In this document: positions 1 through 10,054 of the stretch, piece by piece
Layout of the letters: the number at the start of each line of letters is the position of its first letter
Numbering within the stretch: position 1 is the stretch's first letter
NCBI GenBank assembly: GCA_011364985.1
Contig: RDOC01000005.1
Location: 42,052-106,051 of the forward strand
DNA length: 64,000 bases
Origin: Candidatus Thorarchaeota archaeon
GTDB taxonomy: Archaea > Asgardarchaeota > Thorarchaeia > Thorarchaeales > Thorarchaeaceae
Direction of reading: 5' to 3'
Translations under genes and position numbers: made by a program
Notes under the pieces: model-generated
Seen by the model: the letters and a program-made list of their open reading frames with translations, nothing else
The model's database searches: none
What the model was told of the DNA's origin: nothing

Positions 1-436
1 TCAAGGGTACAAGTAGAATCAGGAAGGTGCGCACAAGATCACGCATAAAGACTAGATTTGGGTTACGACGATTTGCAACTTCTAGAACGAGCCAGCTGCC
101 ATATGCGAAAGGGAGTAAGAGCTTTAAAACTAGAGCAATTGTGGACCAAGGATTTCCAACGTTAATAACACCATAGGAACACATTGCCCCTGGACAGTAG
201 GGAACCAGCGACTGCAGCATCCAGAAAAACACTGGAACATTGAGTAGACGAGCAGCAAGTACGATTATTCCAATCATACCTAGAAGATAGTAACGTTGTT
301 CGGCAGCTAGCTGCTGTTCGTTGTTCCCGGTTGTTTTTTCCAGAATCTCTGATGACACATAGCCACCATATAGCGCAAGTGCTAATGACAATACACCAAT
401 GACAAGAACCACCACTGTTGTAACAGTAACAATCAT
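1..436 (-). CDS. Multi-pass membrane protein with a CPGAMC motif (partial, runs off window start)
   Basis: Not in the ORF track. My translation from ATG at 436 gives MIVTVTTVVVLVIGVLSLALALYGG...FFWMLQSLVPYCPGAMCSYGVINVGNPW...; the frame stays open to the window edge and has several hydrophobic helices. Confidence 0.75.
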   Translation of the reverse strand, partial: MIVTVTTVVVLVIGVLSLALALYGGYVSSEILEKTTGNNEQQLAAEQRYYLLGMIGIIVLAARLLNVPVFFWMLQSLVPYCPGAMCSYGVINVGNPWSTIALVLKLLLPFAYGSWLVLEVANRRNPNLVFMRDLVRTFLILLVPL

Positions 437-576
437 TGGATATCACACTTGAGGACATTTTGGATTCCAAACCAGCACTAAAGCGTTCCGAAAACCATAC
501 CATTCAGTTATGGGTATTGCTTAGGTGTACTAGAGAAAAGATTGAAACTAACTCCTCATGATCGAGAGCATCTTTG

Positions 577-903
577 AGCTACCCTGGTACTTCCGCGGAG
601 GCAGGAATATCGCTAAGACAGAGTCCAGTTATTGTTATCAAGAATACACAACTGCATTAGTCTCATAAACAGAAGCAATTGCTGGCATCTGTCGCAGAAA
701 GAGATGAGATTCTCTTTCAAAGAGCGGTCTATGACAATTACATGGCAGACGGAATGCAAATGGCAGCACGGGGCCACACGGGTTCAGCTATTGGGTTTCC
801 TTGTAGATATTCGCATAGTAGCTTAGACAATAATGCTAGAGGATGTAGCAAATGCCATCAGATTGCTTCTTGAGTTCTTGGCTGTTTCAAGGGAATTGCA
901 TTA
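577..903 (+). pseudogene. Remnant of an M42-family (TET/glutamyl) aminopeptidase C-terminus
   Basis: Reads YPGTSAEAGISLRQSPVIVIKNTQLH*SHKQKQLLASVAERDEILFQRAV...AIGFPCRYSHS, then after a frameshift near 829 IMLEDVANAIRLLLEFL. This matches the M42 C-terminal pattern (IG.P.RY.HS...D...A..LL). In-frame TAG at 658-660; the N-terminus is missing. Confidence 0.7.
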
Positions 904-1290
904 GTCACAAGATTCTAGTGGTATCACGCGAACTCGCATATGGTCTCTGCTGACCACCTTTACATCTACTCCGGTCGGTATTTCACCTTCATCACATCTA
1001 GCATCCCAAATCTCAGCTCCAACCTTAATCTTCCCCGAACGCTGTGTTACGGGTTCTATGACCTTCCCCATCATTCCTTCGAGGTTGTAGAGCATGTAGC
1101 TGCCATCTTGGAGGGATGGGTACACCAAGTAGTACTTCACTGCGACAAAAATAGCAGCCCCAATAATCAGGGCAATAGTAGCATAGACGACAAGATCGGG
1201 TATGAAATAGTATACAAGGACAATTGCTATTGGGACTAGAATAAGTTCATCTATCGTTATCACTATGAATTTGACTTTTGCTGATACCAT
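901..1290 (-). CDS. NfeD-family small membrane protein (C-terminal OB-fold)
   Basis: Two N-terminal TM helices, then G..G.V..P....GKIKVGAEIWDAR....IP.G..VKVV. Confidence 0.85.
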   Translation of the reverse strand: MVSAKVKFIVITIDELILVPIAIVLVYYFIPDLVVYATIALIIGAAIFVAVKYYLVYPSLQDGSYMLYNLEGMMGKVIEPVTQRSGKIKVGAEIWDARCDEGEIPTGVDVKVVSRDHMRVRVIPLESCD

Positions 1291-1629
1291 TGCTCTCAGG
1301 TTTACATTGATTCCTTAGCAGAAAAGGGTTTGTGAAAAGGGCAACGAAATGCCGTAGTGAGTCTTACCGCATCATTGAATAGTCGTGTCGATTGTATCTG
1401 ACATTCAGCCACTCTTTTGAAGATCGAAATGATCCAAGTCATGGCCAGCGCTGCACTGCTGTCTGCTTTACTTACGTTCCTATACCAGCAAGAGAGCATT
1501 TGAATACAACGAGTTCTTTATGAGAATCCTTGTTGGTGCATATGCCGCACCAGCTTTCATTGCAAGCTACTTTAGAAGAGCAGAAGATAACAGGAAGGAG
1601 ATATCATCTGTAGAGTCGGCAGTCTAGTT

Positions 1630-1661
1630 CAAGAGAAACAAAGAGGGGAAAGAACCCCTCT
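1630..1661 (-). terminator. Hairpin plus U-tract downstream of the MFS gene
   Basis: AGAGGGG (1642-1648) and CCCCTCT (1655-1661) form an inverted repeat, followed on the minus strand by TTGTTTCTCTT, 8 nt past the MFS stop. Confidence 0.6.
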
Positions 1662-1668
1662 CGTATCT

Positions 1669-3024
1669 CTAAGAGGCCCCTATCGCTTGGTCTCCAACCT
1701 CGCCGGTTCTAATCGCCAGAGTAAGTATCAGGGCCACAACAAAGAAGGCGATGGAAACAGGATACATCAGAGTTATGCTTGTTATATCAAAAATCACGCC
1801 GGTCGCAAAGGGTCCAAAGATTGCAGCACTCATGCTTGCAAAGTAGTACAAACCGGTTCCTGCACCGAGCCGTTTTTGTCCAAGCAACTGCCAAACTATG
1901 ACTATGCTGTTCACATTCACCATTGCCCAACCAACTCCAGCGACTACAAGAATACCCAGAATAGTGTAATAGTCGCTCACAACCCAAAGAGCCACTAGAG
2001 CAGCAAGCATTATGACTAGGCCACCAAGAATTGTTTTCTTTCTTCCAATTCTGCCTGCAATGAATCCTGCTGGAACTGCAAATATAACAAAGGCCAACGC
2101 AATGCCATTGAGAAGGAAGGAAGCATCTGCTGTTGCGAAACCTAGGACTTCTTTCCCATACTTTGTGAACCAAGTTTCTATGGCGTTATAGCCAAGGAAC
2201 CAGAAGAAGATAGCACCAAGGATAGCTATGGCAGATTTATCATCTGAGAAGGACACCTGCCGCATAGCTTCGAGTATTCCAATTTCCTCTTGCTCTTCTT
2301 CTTCTTCTCGTTTAGGAGAATCTGTTTCCTTTATGACTAGGAAAAGCACAATTACTGCAATAATCATGATTAGAGAAGTGGTTACAAAGGCCAGTACTGG
2401 TCCGATTTGCCAAATTTGAACATGAAATATACTGGCCAAGTTCGTGTCTCGAATCTTGTATATTTGGGATGCAACAGCATAAGCATAGATGGCTCCGATA
2501 CCGCCCATGAGATTGATAACCCCATTGGCTTTTGACCGGTGCTCTGAAGGCACTAGGTCGGGCATGAGAGCTACTACTGGCGCACGATAGAAGGCCATAG
2601 CCACATTGAATACGGTAATCATTCCAAACATAACCCAGAACATAGAAGCTGCCCAACCGTACGCAATTAGCGAGAAGTAAATTGCAGCAATTGGTGTTCC
2701 AATCAGAATATAGGGCATTCTTCTACCCCATCTCGTGCGTGTCTTGTCTGAACGGGCACCTATGTATGGTTGGAGAAACAAGGCAAGAATATTATCCAAC
2801 ACCATTATCGCACCGATAATGGTGTTCTCAAAATCGCCTGAGATGAAAGCCGGGAGGAAGTCTGCAGGGAGGTAGCTGTTGTAAACGCTCCAGCTTACAC
2901 CTGTAGTGAAAAAGCCAAGGCCAATAGCAAGAACATAGAGCCACCGCATCTTTGGTGCCTCATTTGCATTGGTTTCACCGACTTCATCGTCTGCAACGGA
3001 TTCATTTTCATCCTCGTATGTCAA
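1669..3024 (-). CDS. MFS transporter (SLC45/GPH-like sugar transporter)
   Basis: About 12 TM segments; QPYIGARSDKTRTRWGRRMPYI motif A variant. Confidence 0.9.
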   Translation of the reverse strand: MTYEDENESVADDEVGETNANEAPKMRWLYVLAIGLGFFTTGVSWSVYNSYLPADFLPAFISGDFENTIIGAIMVLDNILALFLQPYIGARSDKTRTRWGRRMPYILIGTPIAAIYFSLIAYGWAASMFWVMFGMITVFNVAMAFYRAPVVALMPDLVPSEHRSKANGVINLMGGIGAIYAYAVASQIYKIRDTNLASIFHVQIWQIGPVLAFVTTSLIMIIAVIVLFLVIKETDSPKREEEEEQEEIGILEAMRQVSFSDDKSAIAILGAIFFWFLGYNAIETWFTKYGKEVLGFATADASFLLNGIALAFVIFAVPAGFIAGRIGRKKTILGGLVIMLAALVALWVVSDYYTILGILVVAGVGWAMVNVNSIVIVWQLLGQKRLGAGTGLYYFASMSAAIFGPFATGVIFDITSITLMYPVSIAFFVVALILTLAIRTGEVGDQAIGAS

Positions 3025-3210
3025 CTTGTACCGCTCCTTCCGAAAGAAAGCTGATTAACAAGCGCTTTCAGGAAATCTTGAGTGCACAATCGGATATATG
3101 AATGATGGCAAGGAAACCAATAGGAAGATCTTAGAAACGGGGAAGGTTCTTCTCGTAGTGTTTCGAGAGCAGTCCAGAATCAGTTCATCATTTCCAGTTC
3201 ACGAGGATGT

Positions 3211-4062
3211 ATGACACAGATGAGAATTCGAAATATGAATACAAACGACCTTGGCTTTGCTATAAGCCTAACAGAACAGGAGAAATGGGGTAGTATTAGA
3301 GAGGATTTTCAGGAACTCCTGCTTTTCGACCCAAATGGATCCTTTATTGCAGAAATGAATGGCGAACCAATCGGAATGGTATGCGCAATTTCCTATGGGT
3401 CCTTTGGATTCATTGGAAACCTGATAGTCCGATCAGAATATCGAAAGAGCGGCTATGGAACAACTCTGATGAGTCATGCCATCGCGTATCTCAAAGGGAA
3501 AGGAACAGATACTGTAATGCTTGATGCAGTACAGAAAGCAGTACCTTTATACAAGAAGCTAGGTTTCAAAGAGATGTGCAACTCACTTAGGTACGAGGGA
3601 CGCGTTGAGCCAGAGACTTCCAGCAATTCTCGGGATATGGAAGACAAGGATATGATGCACATTCTAGGGATTGACAGGAAGCACTTCGGAGCCAATAGAT
3701 TTCTTTTCCTTGGGAGCAGTTTGTCCAGGGACCCAGATTTGGCCCGTGTTATTGAAGTGGGAGGCAGAATAGTTGGTTACATAATGGGAAGTAAGCGGCA
3801 TGGGTTTGTTAGGCTGGCACCATGGATAATCTCGGAGTGCCCTGAGCTTGCCAATGAGATGCTACGCGATTTTGCAGTACGTGTAGAAGGAAAGCAGATC
3901 AAGCTAGGAGTTCTCGAATCTAATACTCATGCTGTAAAAGTCATGAAGGCCCACGCGTTCTATCAGAAGAGCTATTCTGTTCGAATGGTCCTTGGCGCTT
4001 TGCCGAGAGATATGCAACCGTCAAACGCAGTATATGCAATAGGGTCCGCTATGCGTGGATGA
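3211..4062 (+). CDS. GNAT N-acetyltransferase (two-domain, YitH-like)
   Basis: IGNLIVRSEYRKSGYGTTLM acetyl-CoA-binding motif; AVPLYKKLGF. Confidence 0.9.
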   Translation: MTQMRIRNMNTNDLGFAISLTEQEKWGSIREDFQELLLFDPNGSFIAEMNGEPIGMVCAISYGSFGFIGNLIVRSEYRKSGYGTTLMSHAIAYLKGKGTDTVMLDAVQKAVPLYKKLGFKEMCNSLRYEGRVEPETSSNSRDMEDKDMMHILGIDRKHFGANRFLFLGSSLSRDPDLARVIEVGGRIVGYIMGSKRHGFVRLAPWIISECPELANEMLRDFAVRVEGKQIKLGVLESNTHAVKVMKAHAFYQKSYSVRMVLGALPRDMQPSNAVYAIGSAMRG

Positions 4063-5233
4063 CCATTTTCTTTCGTCGTGACCTCATTCTCTCAATCCTA
4101 GCCCCTAAGTTAACCTCACTAATACGATTCGCCACAAATGGTGACGCAGCTATTAGGGCAACAGCAAGGAGCCAGACTACGGAGATATCGATTGTTGCAT
4201 GGCTATAGGTTCCCTGAACAAACATCTCAATCATAGTGCGATATGCATTGGAGAAGGGCACATACTCGTTGAGAACTGTGAAGCCCATTCCGGTCAAAGA
4301 TAGTGGTGCGATCCCACCTCCAGTGATCCAGTAAAAGAGAGCAACCAGTGCGCAAAGTGGAACAACATACACCGAGTTTCTTGCCATCGACCCTAATATT
4401 GTTCCCACGCCTGCAGTAAAGATAGCCAATGGTAGCGTCATCGCAAGGAACGTGAGTATGTCACCTCTAGGTAGAACACCATATAATCCCCATCCCAGAA
4501 ACAACACCGCTGGAATGGAAATGTAGCTTAGAACTGCTCCACTCAACATTTTTCCAGCATAGATCGCATATGGAGACCGATTGGAGAGTGTGAGTTCCTC
4601 GATTGTGCTCTGTTCATACTCTTGTGCTGTCGCTGATGCTGCAAGGAACATTCCTCCAAAAGATATGCCGTATACCATAACTGTCCATGCCATATACGCC
4701 AACCTTGGAGGAGTATACTCATTCAACAGTTCTACATTGAAATCGACTTTCGCATCCTCAGTGAGATAGGTCTGATAGAAGATGTCAAGCTTCCTGATGA
4801 CAGGCATACGTAGGTTCTTTGTCATGTCCTCGTGGGCATTGTTAACCATAATGTGGATACTAGTTGATTGGTTATTTTGAAGAGCTTCTTCAAATCCTTC
4901 AGGGATCGTAATCACAAGCAGAATCTCACCAGTTTCAAATAGGCGGTTCGCAGTATCGCTATCCAGCTCAACTAGCCTCAAGCTGGGAGGAATTGGATCA
5001 TGCGTTCCCAGAATCTCAATCAATCCATTTGTGTAGAATTCGGGATTCTGTTCCTCAACCACAAGAGCAGTATCAACACCCGGTCCGGCATATACTCCGC
5101 CCATTAGCAGCACGAAAGCGGAGTAGTATAGTAGAGGAAAGAGTATGACAAATCCCAGCCGCTCCTTGTTTCTGAGCCAAGTCTTGATCTCTTTCACAAA
5201 TGATGCACGAAGTACTCTGGACCGATCACTCAT
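4049..5233 (-). CDS. ABC-2 type transporter permease
   Basis: N-terminal TM, extracellular domain (ITIPEGF), five C-terminal TMs; lies in an operon with an ATPase. Confidence 0.9.
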   Translation of the reverse strand: MSDRSRVLRASFVKEIKTWLRNKERLGFVILFPLLYYSAFVLLMGGVYAGPGVDTALVVEEQNPEFYTNGLIEILGTHDPIPPSLRLVELDSDTANRLFETGEILLVITIPEGFEEALQNNQSTSIHIMVNNAHEDMTKNLRMPVIRKLDIFYQTYLTEDAKVDFNVELLNEYTPPRLAYMAWTVMVYGISFGGMFLAASATAQEYEQSTIEELTLSNRSPYAIYAGKMLSGAVLSYISIPAVLFLGWGLYGVLPRGDILTFLAMTLPLAIFTAGVGTILGSMARNSVYVVPLCALVALFYWITGGGIAPLSLTGMGFTVLNEYVPFSNAYRTMIEMFVQGTYSHATIDISVVWLLAVALIAASPFVANRISEVNLGARIERMRSRRKKMVIHA

Positions 5234-6363
5234 GAACGCTCAACCTCCTGTGCCATTAGCTTCGTGGAAAGAAGTGTGAACACTATCCACATTGTCAGTA
5301 GAGCAACCATGCCAAATAGAAGCCCAGACATAGTATCATAGAAGAACACACGAGCCCACATGCTTATAGAATGAGTCGTTGGAAGCATCATCACCAGAGC
5401 TCTGAGCTCTCTTGGCATCAAACCAATTGGGGCAAGGCCACCTCCAGCAAGAAAACAAACAACGCTGAATAGAACCGAGAAAAGGATTGCAGTTTCCCTC
5501 TTTTTAGACCGAAGACCAATAATATCGCCTATAGGTACAAGGACCAAGATAGAGAGCAAGAGGATTAGTCCAAGTATTACCGGATTGCCAGCAGGAAGTG
5601 TTCCGGTGCCAAGCAGGATAACTGGCACAGTAATCAAGAGCACAAAAAGAGAGCGGGGAATTGCAGCAATCGTGTGGGCAACCACTATGGCAATTCTACT
5701 CGTTGGCGAGTTCAATGTATCATAAACTGCCTTTGTTTCAAAATCAGATGCGGTAGCAAGGGCTTGCCCAGTGACAGAGCAGACAATGACAGATAGAACT
5801 ACTGCTACTGCATACATATAGGCGAGGTTTGACGGAGTTACGTCTAGATTCAGAGTTTCATTGAGAGCAACCCGTGCATCAGATTGATCGTATTCTGGAT
5901 AGATTGCACCCTGATTATAGAGAAGAACTGCAGCCTCAATTCTATGCACATAATTCTTGACAACATCATCATTCAGATTGACTATGTAGATGACAACTAC
6001 CGCTTTAATGCCCGCAGTTATGTTTACTCCAAACCCTTCAGGGATTAGAACATATGCAATAAGTTCGCCGCTTTGAAATAAGTCCATTGCAGTCGCAGAA
6101 TCATACCGGCTCATTTTGAACCAAGTATGATTCGTAGTAGAAACCATATTCTCTAGGATGAGGGCCATATCTTCTGCTTGTGTTGATGAGTCTTCGACAA
6201 CAAGTCCACAGACAAAGGATTCACCTCCTCCAACTTGAGCCCACATGATTGCATAGACCAATGCGAGCACAAATGGAACTATCAGGCTGGGGGCAACGAA
6301 TCTTGGGTCTCTTTTTGCTTGCTTCAGGTCCTTCCTTACTATGGCGGCAATCTCCCTTAGCAA
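5230..6363 (-). CDS. ABC-2 type transporter permease
   Basis: AIVRKDLKQAKRDPR start, YVLIPEGF, LPTTH motif; paralog of the adjacent permease. Confidence 0.9.
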   Translation of the reverse strand: MLREIAAIVRKDLKQAKRDPRFVAPSLIVPFVLALVYAIMWAQVGGGESFVCGLVVEDSSTQAEDMALILENMVSTTNHTWFKMSRYDSATAMDLFQSGELIAYVLIPEGFGVNITAGIKAVVVIYIVNLNDDVVKNYVHRIEAAVLLYNQGAIYPEYDQSDARVALNETLNLDVTPSNLAYMYAVAVVLSVIVCSVTGQALATASDFETKAVYDTLNSPTSRIAIVVAHTIAAIPRSLFVLLITVPVILLGTGTLPAGNPVILGLILLLSILVLVPIGDIIGLRSKKRETAILFSVLFSVVCFLAGGGLAPIGLMPRELRALVMMLPTTHSISMWARVFFYDTMSGLLFGMVALLTMWIVFTLLSTKLMAQEVERS

Positions 6364-6365
6364 CT

Positions 6366-7328
6366 CTAATCCCTCAACTTTGATCCTGTTATCGTCAGAA
6401 ACACATCACCCAGAGAGGGCTCTCTCAGGGAGGCCTGCTTAACCCTCAGGTTGCGCTTTGTGAGTCGTTCGATTACTATTGGAAGATCAGAATGACCTGA
6501 CTGACTCCGAATCCATGCCGTTCGGGGGCCTCCATCAAGAGGCGCACTTACTTTCTCAACCTCCAGTTTTAGCTCCCCAGCGAGCCACTCGGCACCAAGA
6601 GCAGAGTCCATGTTCTCGACTAGGACCTCAATGAGATACTCACCCACATATTCGCGCTTCAGGTCGTTTGGTGTGCCTTCAGCCACCAGTTTCCCATTAT
6701 CAATTATTATTACTCGATCGGCTAATGCTTCGCTCTCATCCATGTAATTTGTACAAAAAAGAACGGTACGCCCTTCATCCCGCATCTTCCGGACCTGATT
6801 CCAAATCAGATTTCGGCTTTGAACATCGACACCAAGAGACATCTCGTCAAGAATGACAAGCTTGGAGTCATGTAAAATCGACCGGACTAGAGCAAGACGA
6901 CGCTTCATACCTCCGGAATAGGTCTTCACCAAGTCATCTTTACGATTGGTAAGTCCAGCGATCTCAAGCATTGATGCAACACGTGAATCAACTTCGGTTT
7001 CAGGCACTCCATATAGGTGTGCATGGTATACCAGAGATTCTTGTGCGGTGAGGTCTTGATATAATGCGGTTTCCTGTGGCATGAAGCCAATCAACTGACG
7101 AATCTTGGAGAGGTTCTTTGATACTTCGTAACTATGAATCTTGACACTTCCAGAACTGGGCTTGAGAATTCCTGTAATCAGTTTGACAGTTGTTGATTTT
7201 CCTGCACCATTGGGACCAAGGAGGCCAACTATTTCACCCTGCTCAACTGAGAATGAGAGGTCATCCAAGGCTTTTCTTTGCTCACCATAGATATGGGTAA
7301 GGTTTGAAATTTCTATCATCGAAGGCAA
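6366..7328 (-). CDS. ABC transporter ATP-binding protein (DrrA-like)
   Basis: Walker A GPNGAGKST, signature YSGGMKRR, Walker B LVILDE, C-terminal EPSLGDVF. Confidence 0.95.
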   Translation of the reverse strand: MPSMIEISNLTHIYGEQRKALDDLSFSVEQGEIVGLLGPNGAGKSTTVKLITGILKPSSGSVKIHSYEVSKNLSKIRQLIGFMPQETALYQDLTAQESLVYHAHLYGVPETEVDSRVASMLEIAGLTNRKDDLVKTYSGGMKRRLALVRSILHDSKLVILDEMSLGVDVQSRNLIWNQVRKMRDEGRTVLFCTNYMDESEALADRVIIIDNGKLVAEGTPNDLKREYVGEYLIEVLVENMDSALGAEWLAGELKLEVEKVSAPLDGGPRTAWIRSQSGHSDLPIVIERLTKRNLRVKQASLREPSLGDVFLTITGSKLRD

Positions 7329-7437
7329 CTAACCACCAACATATCCTTCAGCAATCGAGAATATGAAATTCGTGTCACTCCAGAGGTAACAACGAGAGAT
7401 TCATATCCAGAGAGGGTCATCTCAATGAGGAAGGATA

Positions 7438-7743
7438 TTGACACTGGAATATATTTTGCAGCCACGAGTTTTGGTTGTTTTGAAAGAATTAAACTGGGGA
7501 GACCGATTTGAGAGTGATCTCCAACAGAAGATTTCTGAGATATCAGGTGGACCTGAGAGTCTGGCCGATATTAGGAATGAGCTATTGAAGAACGGACTGA
7601 TTTTACAATTGAAGGGAGGACAAGGCAGCCCGTATCTGTCACTGACCTATAAGGGCCAGCTCATAGTCGATCGGCTCCTTGAAACAGAAGAGATGCTCGC
7701 TTCAGAGGATGTTGACCAGTCTGGAGCGTTACCCCAAGAGTGA
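7438..7743 (+). CDS. Small winged-helix protein
   Basis: ELLKNGLI...YLSLTYKG wing pattern; preceded by a purine-rich SD-like stretch. Confidence 0.6.
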   Translation: MTLEYILQPRVLVVLKELNWGDRFESDLQQKISEISGGPESLADIRNELLKNGLILQLKGGQGSPYLSLTYKGQLIVDRLLETEEMLASEDVDQSGALPQE

Positions 7744-7782
7744 CAAGGTCTTGAAAAGGATGCAAAGCTATCTCTAGTTGGT

Positions 7783-8622
7783 ATGGCAATGTCAGATGAT
7801 GAAATCGTTTCGCAAATGATGAGTCTTGGATTGCACCTAAACGAAGCAAAAGCATACAAGGCTCTTGTTACCATCGGACAGAGTACAGCTCGAGATGTTG
7901 CTTCCAGTTCTGGGATTCCTAGGAGCAAGGTGTATGACGTACTGTACTCACTTGAGAACAAGGGACTTGTTCGAAGAATCCTTGGAAGCGAACCAACAGA
8001 ATTTAGACCATATCCTCCGAAAGAGGCGATTCCCCTTCTTCTTGAGAAAATCCAGCAGTCAGGTAAGCTTGTACAGAGAACGTTGGAGAGCTTGGAGAAC
8101 GAGAGAGGCATTGAGGGTAGAGAGTTAGTGTACACAATAGAGGGGAATGATCAGATTAGAATTGAAGTTCGAAGCTTAATCAACAATGCAAAGAAACAGG
8201 TGTTTATTTCGACTCTGAACCCTGCCATACTCAGTCTTGCAAGGCCAGCCTTAGCAAATGCAAAGAAGCAGGGTATAGAAATCAGTCTTGTCACATCACG
8301 CAACTTCATCGAAGAATGGCCCGAGTTCAAGCACTATGTAAACATGACAGATCTGGCAGACGTAAGCCCGCCTGGGATTATGGAGCAGATGAGTGCAGTT
8401 CTACAGGACGATTCAGTTATCGATGCAGGATGGAATCCAACACAGATGGGAATTGTTATTGCGGATAACACAGAGAGTATCGCATTCTTTGGCAGCCATA
8501 GAAACCAATCCAAGCCATGGGCATTGACCGTTCGCGTTCCGATGATTGTTATCTTGCAAAAACATGTGATATCAGCCGTCCTCGCCCAGATAGTACGATT
8601 TCTTGAAGGAAGCGCCAAATGA
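7783..8622 (+). CDS. TrmB-family transcriptional regulator
   Basis: LGLHLNEAKAYKAL...SGIPRSKVYDVLYSLENKGLV is a typical TrmB HTH. Confidence 0.92.
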   Translation: MAMSDDEIVSQMMSLGLHLNEAKAYKALVTIGQSTARDVASSSGIPRSKVYDVLYSLENKGLVRRILGSEPTEFRPYPPKEAIPLLLEKIQQSGKLVQRTLESLENERGIEGRELVYTIEGNDQIRIEVRSLINNAKKQVFISTLNPAILSLARPALANAKKQGIEISLVTSRNFIEEWPEFKHYVNMTDLADVSPPGIMEQMSAVLQDDSVIDAGWNPTQMGIVIADNTESIAFFGSHRNQSKPWALTVRVPMIVILQKHVISAVLAQIVRFLEGSAK

Positions 8623-8721
8623 GCAGTTATAGGATAACTTATCCTAGTACCTGCTGAGAGTAAGTTCATATTTGAAAGAGGCCATTCTTTCTTGCTGCTC
8701 CTGATTGGAGGAAAAAGAGGA

Positions 8722-9534
8722 TTGAAGAAACCGCTTCTCAAGGTTCTTAGGTGTCCAAAATGCCAGAGGAGCCTATTCATATCTGAGAATAATGCGAATC
8801 TAAATGAAATTCACGAAACGACCTTAGCGTGCGAGAAGGGTCACATTTGGAAGGTAGAGGATGGAATTCCTTCTCTTGTGTTTCCGTCCGTTAGTTCCAA
8901 GGATGCAAAATGGATTGCCCAATATGAAGAAATGGCCGAGAGCTACGATGATCTTGTCAAGCAGTACGATGATTGGCTTGGCATAGATATGATGAAAGAA
9001 CGAGAGAGAATTGTTCGTTTCGTTCCGATAGAGGCACCTGTAAAGATACTGGATGTAAGCATTGGAACTGCAGCCACCTTTATTGCTTTGTACAATGCAT
9101 TCCAAGGAAAACAGATGGAACGTTTCAATCTTCATGGGCTCGATCTCTCTCTTGGCATGCTCAAGGTGGCGAAACAGAAGATAGAGAAAAGAAGCTTGGA
9201 CATCAGTCTCGTTCACGGGAACGTATTCAATATTCCATACAAGAACAACTCGTTCAACATCGTCTATCATAGTGGGGGTATCAATACATTCTCAGATATT
9301 GGCCTAGCATTGAACGAGATGCTCAGAGTTGTACGGTCCGGTGGAATTGTTGTAGTTGTTGATGAGGGGTTGTCTCCAGACATGCGTGAAAGCGAGAAAG
9401 GGAAGGAGATTATAAGGACCAATAGTTTATTTGCAGCAAGGCCACCCATCGCATACTTGCCTGAGAAGGTAAAGGATGTTGAAATGAACTATATCATGAA
9501 TGGGACGTTCTATGAGGTTGTATTCAGAAAATAG
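8722..9534 (+). CDS. Class I SAM methyltransferase (UbiE-like) with N-terminal Trm112-like Zn domain
   Basis: N-terminal LRCPKC...LACEKGH.W.VEDGIP; ILDVSIGTA motif I, GLDLSLGML, ALNEMLRVVRSGG. Start placed at the TTG at 8722 after an SD. Confidence 0.85.
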   Translation: MKKPLLKVLRCPKCQRSLFISENNANLNEIHETTLACEKGHIWKVEDGIPSLVFPSVSSKDAKWIAQYEEMAESYDDLVKQYDDWLGIDMMKERERIVRFVPIEAPVKILDVSIGTAATFIALYNAFQGKQMERFNLHGLDLSLGMLKVAKQKIEKRSLDISLVHGNVFNIPYKNNSFNIVYHSGGINTFSDIGLALNEMLRVVRSGGIVVVVDEGLSPDMRESEKGKEIIRTNSLFAARPPIAYLPEKVKDVEMNYIMNGTFYEVVFRK

Positions 9535-9564
9535 ATGAGTCTGTTAATAGAAAATAGTCTGTGC

Positions 9565-9675
9565 TCATGTGGCTTCCCACAAGAGCACTTGTTCGCATGT
9601 GGCACAACGATGATCGGCTTTCTCGTTGCGACTGGGATGATGAGTAGTTCGAATGAATTCCTTTTGGTCATTCAT
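9565..9675 (-). CDS. 36-aa peptide (micro-ORF D, CxxC)
   Basis: MNDQKEFIRTTHHPSRNEKADHRCATCEQVLLWEAT*; GAGGT SD 10 nt upstream. Confidence 0.35.
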   Translation of the reverse strand: MNDQKEFIRTTHHPSRNEKADHRCATCEQVLLWEAT

Positions 9676-9681
9676 AGCGGA

Positions 9682-9774
9682 CTATACCTCTTTGTAAAGA
9701 TATGAATGTGCAAGCGCCTTGGTCGAAACATGCTGCTTGACACGTCGATCATATTCTTTCTTAACTGGAAACAT
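9682..9774 (-). CDS. 30-aa peptide (micro-ORF C)
   Basis: MFPVKKEYDRRVKQHVSTKALAHSYLYKEV*; GGAGGT SD 7 nt upstream; similar to ORFs A and B. Confidence 0.55.
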   Translation of the reverse strand: MFPVKKEYDRRVKQHVSTKALAHSYLYKEV

Positions 9775-9779
9775 CGAGC

Positions 9780-9887
9780 TTACCTCCTGTATGCAAGCGC
9801 GTACCCAATAGCATCGGTCGAAACAACCTTTGCCATTTTCGAATTCCTTGTTCCACTTCTGAATAGGGCATTCTTCTCAATTGCCAT
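9780..9887 (-). CDS. 35-aa peptide (micro-ORF B)
   Basis: MAIEKNALFRSGTRNSKMAKVVSTDAIGYALAYRR*; GAGGT SD 8 nt upstream. Confidence 0.55.
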   Translation of the reverse strand: MAIEKNALFRSGTRNSKMAKVVSTDAIGYALAYRR

Positions 9888-9889
9888 TT

Positions 9890-9997
9890 TTACTTACCTC
9901 GTGATGCGTATGAGTAGTAGAGTGCCTCATTCCAGTGATAGTTCGAAGTTGATGCATATTGGAGTTCTTCACTTCGATTACTTGTTTCTTGGACCAA
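9890..9997 (-). CDS. 35-aa peptide (micro-ORF A, TTG start)
   Basis: MVQETSNRSEELQYASTSNYHWNEALYYSYASRGK*; GGTGA SD 6 nt upstream; shares the C-terminal motif with B and C. Confidence 0.5.
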   Translation of the reverse strand: MVQETSNRSEELQYASTSNYHWNEALYYSYASRGK

Positions 9998-10054
9998 TCT
10001 TGCTCACCAATCCTTGTGTGAACCAGTTGAGTTCGCATGTTTCCATACAAAGTC

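Noticed and set aside
162-503. 113-aa minus-strand Cys-rich ORF in the track
   Set aside because: Out-of-frame shadow of the real membrane protein starting at 436.
658-660. In-frame TAG as pyrrolysine recoding
   Set aside because: The same remnant also has a frameshift and lacks its N-terminus, so decay is the simpler explanation.
1291-1630. Gap with ORF 1302-1499 and hydrophobic plus-strand fragments
   Set aside because: No motif support; possibly another remnant, but not assignable.
9878-10046. Alternative minus-strand ORFs METCELNW... (10046) and MRTQLVH... (10038)
   Set aside because: The first starts too close to the TATA box. The second could be leaderless but lacks the shared motif and overlaps ORF A. 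Not fully excluded.
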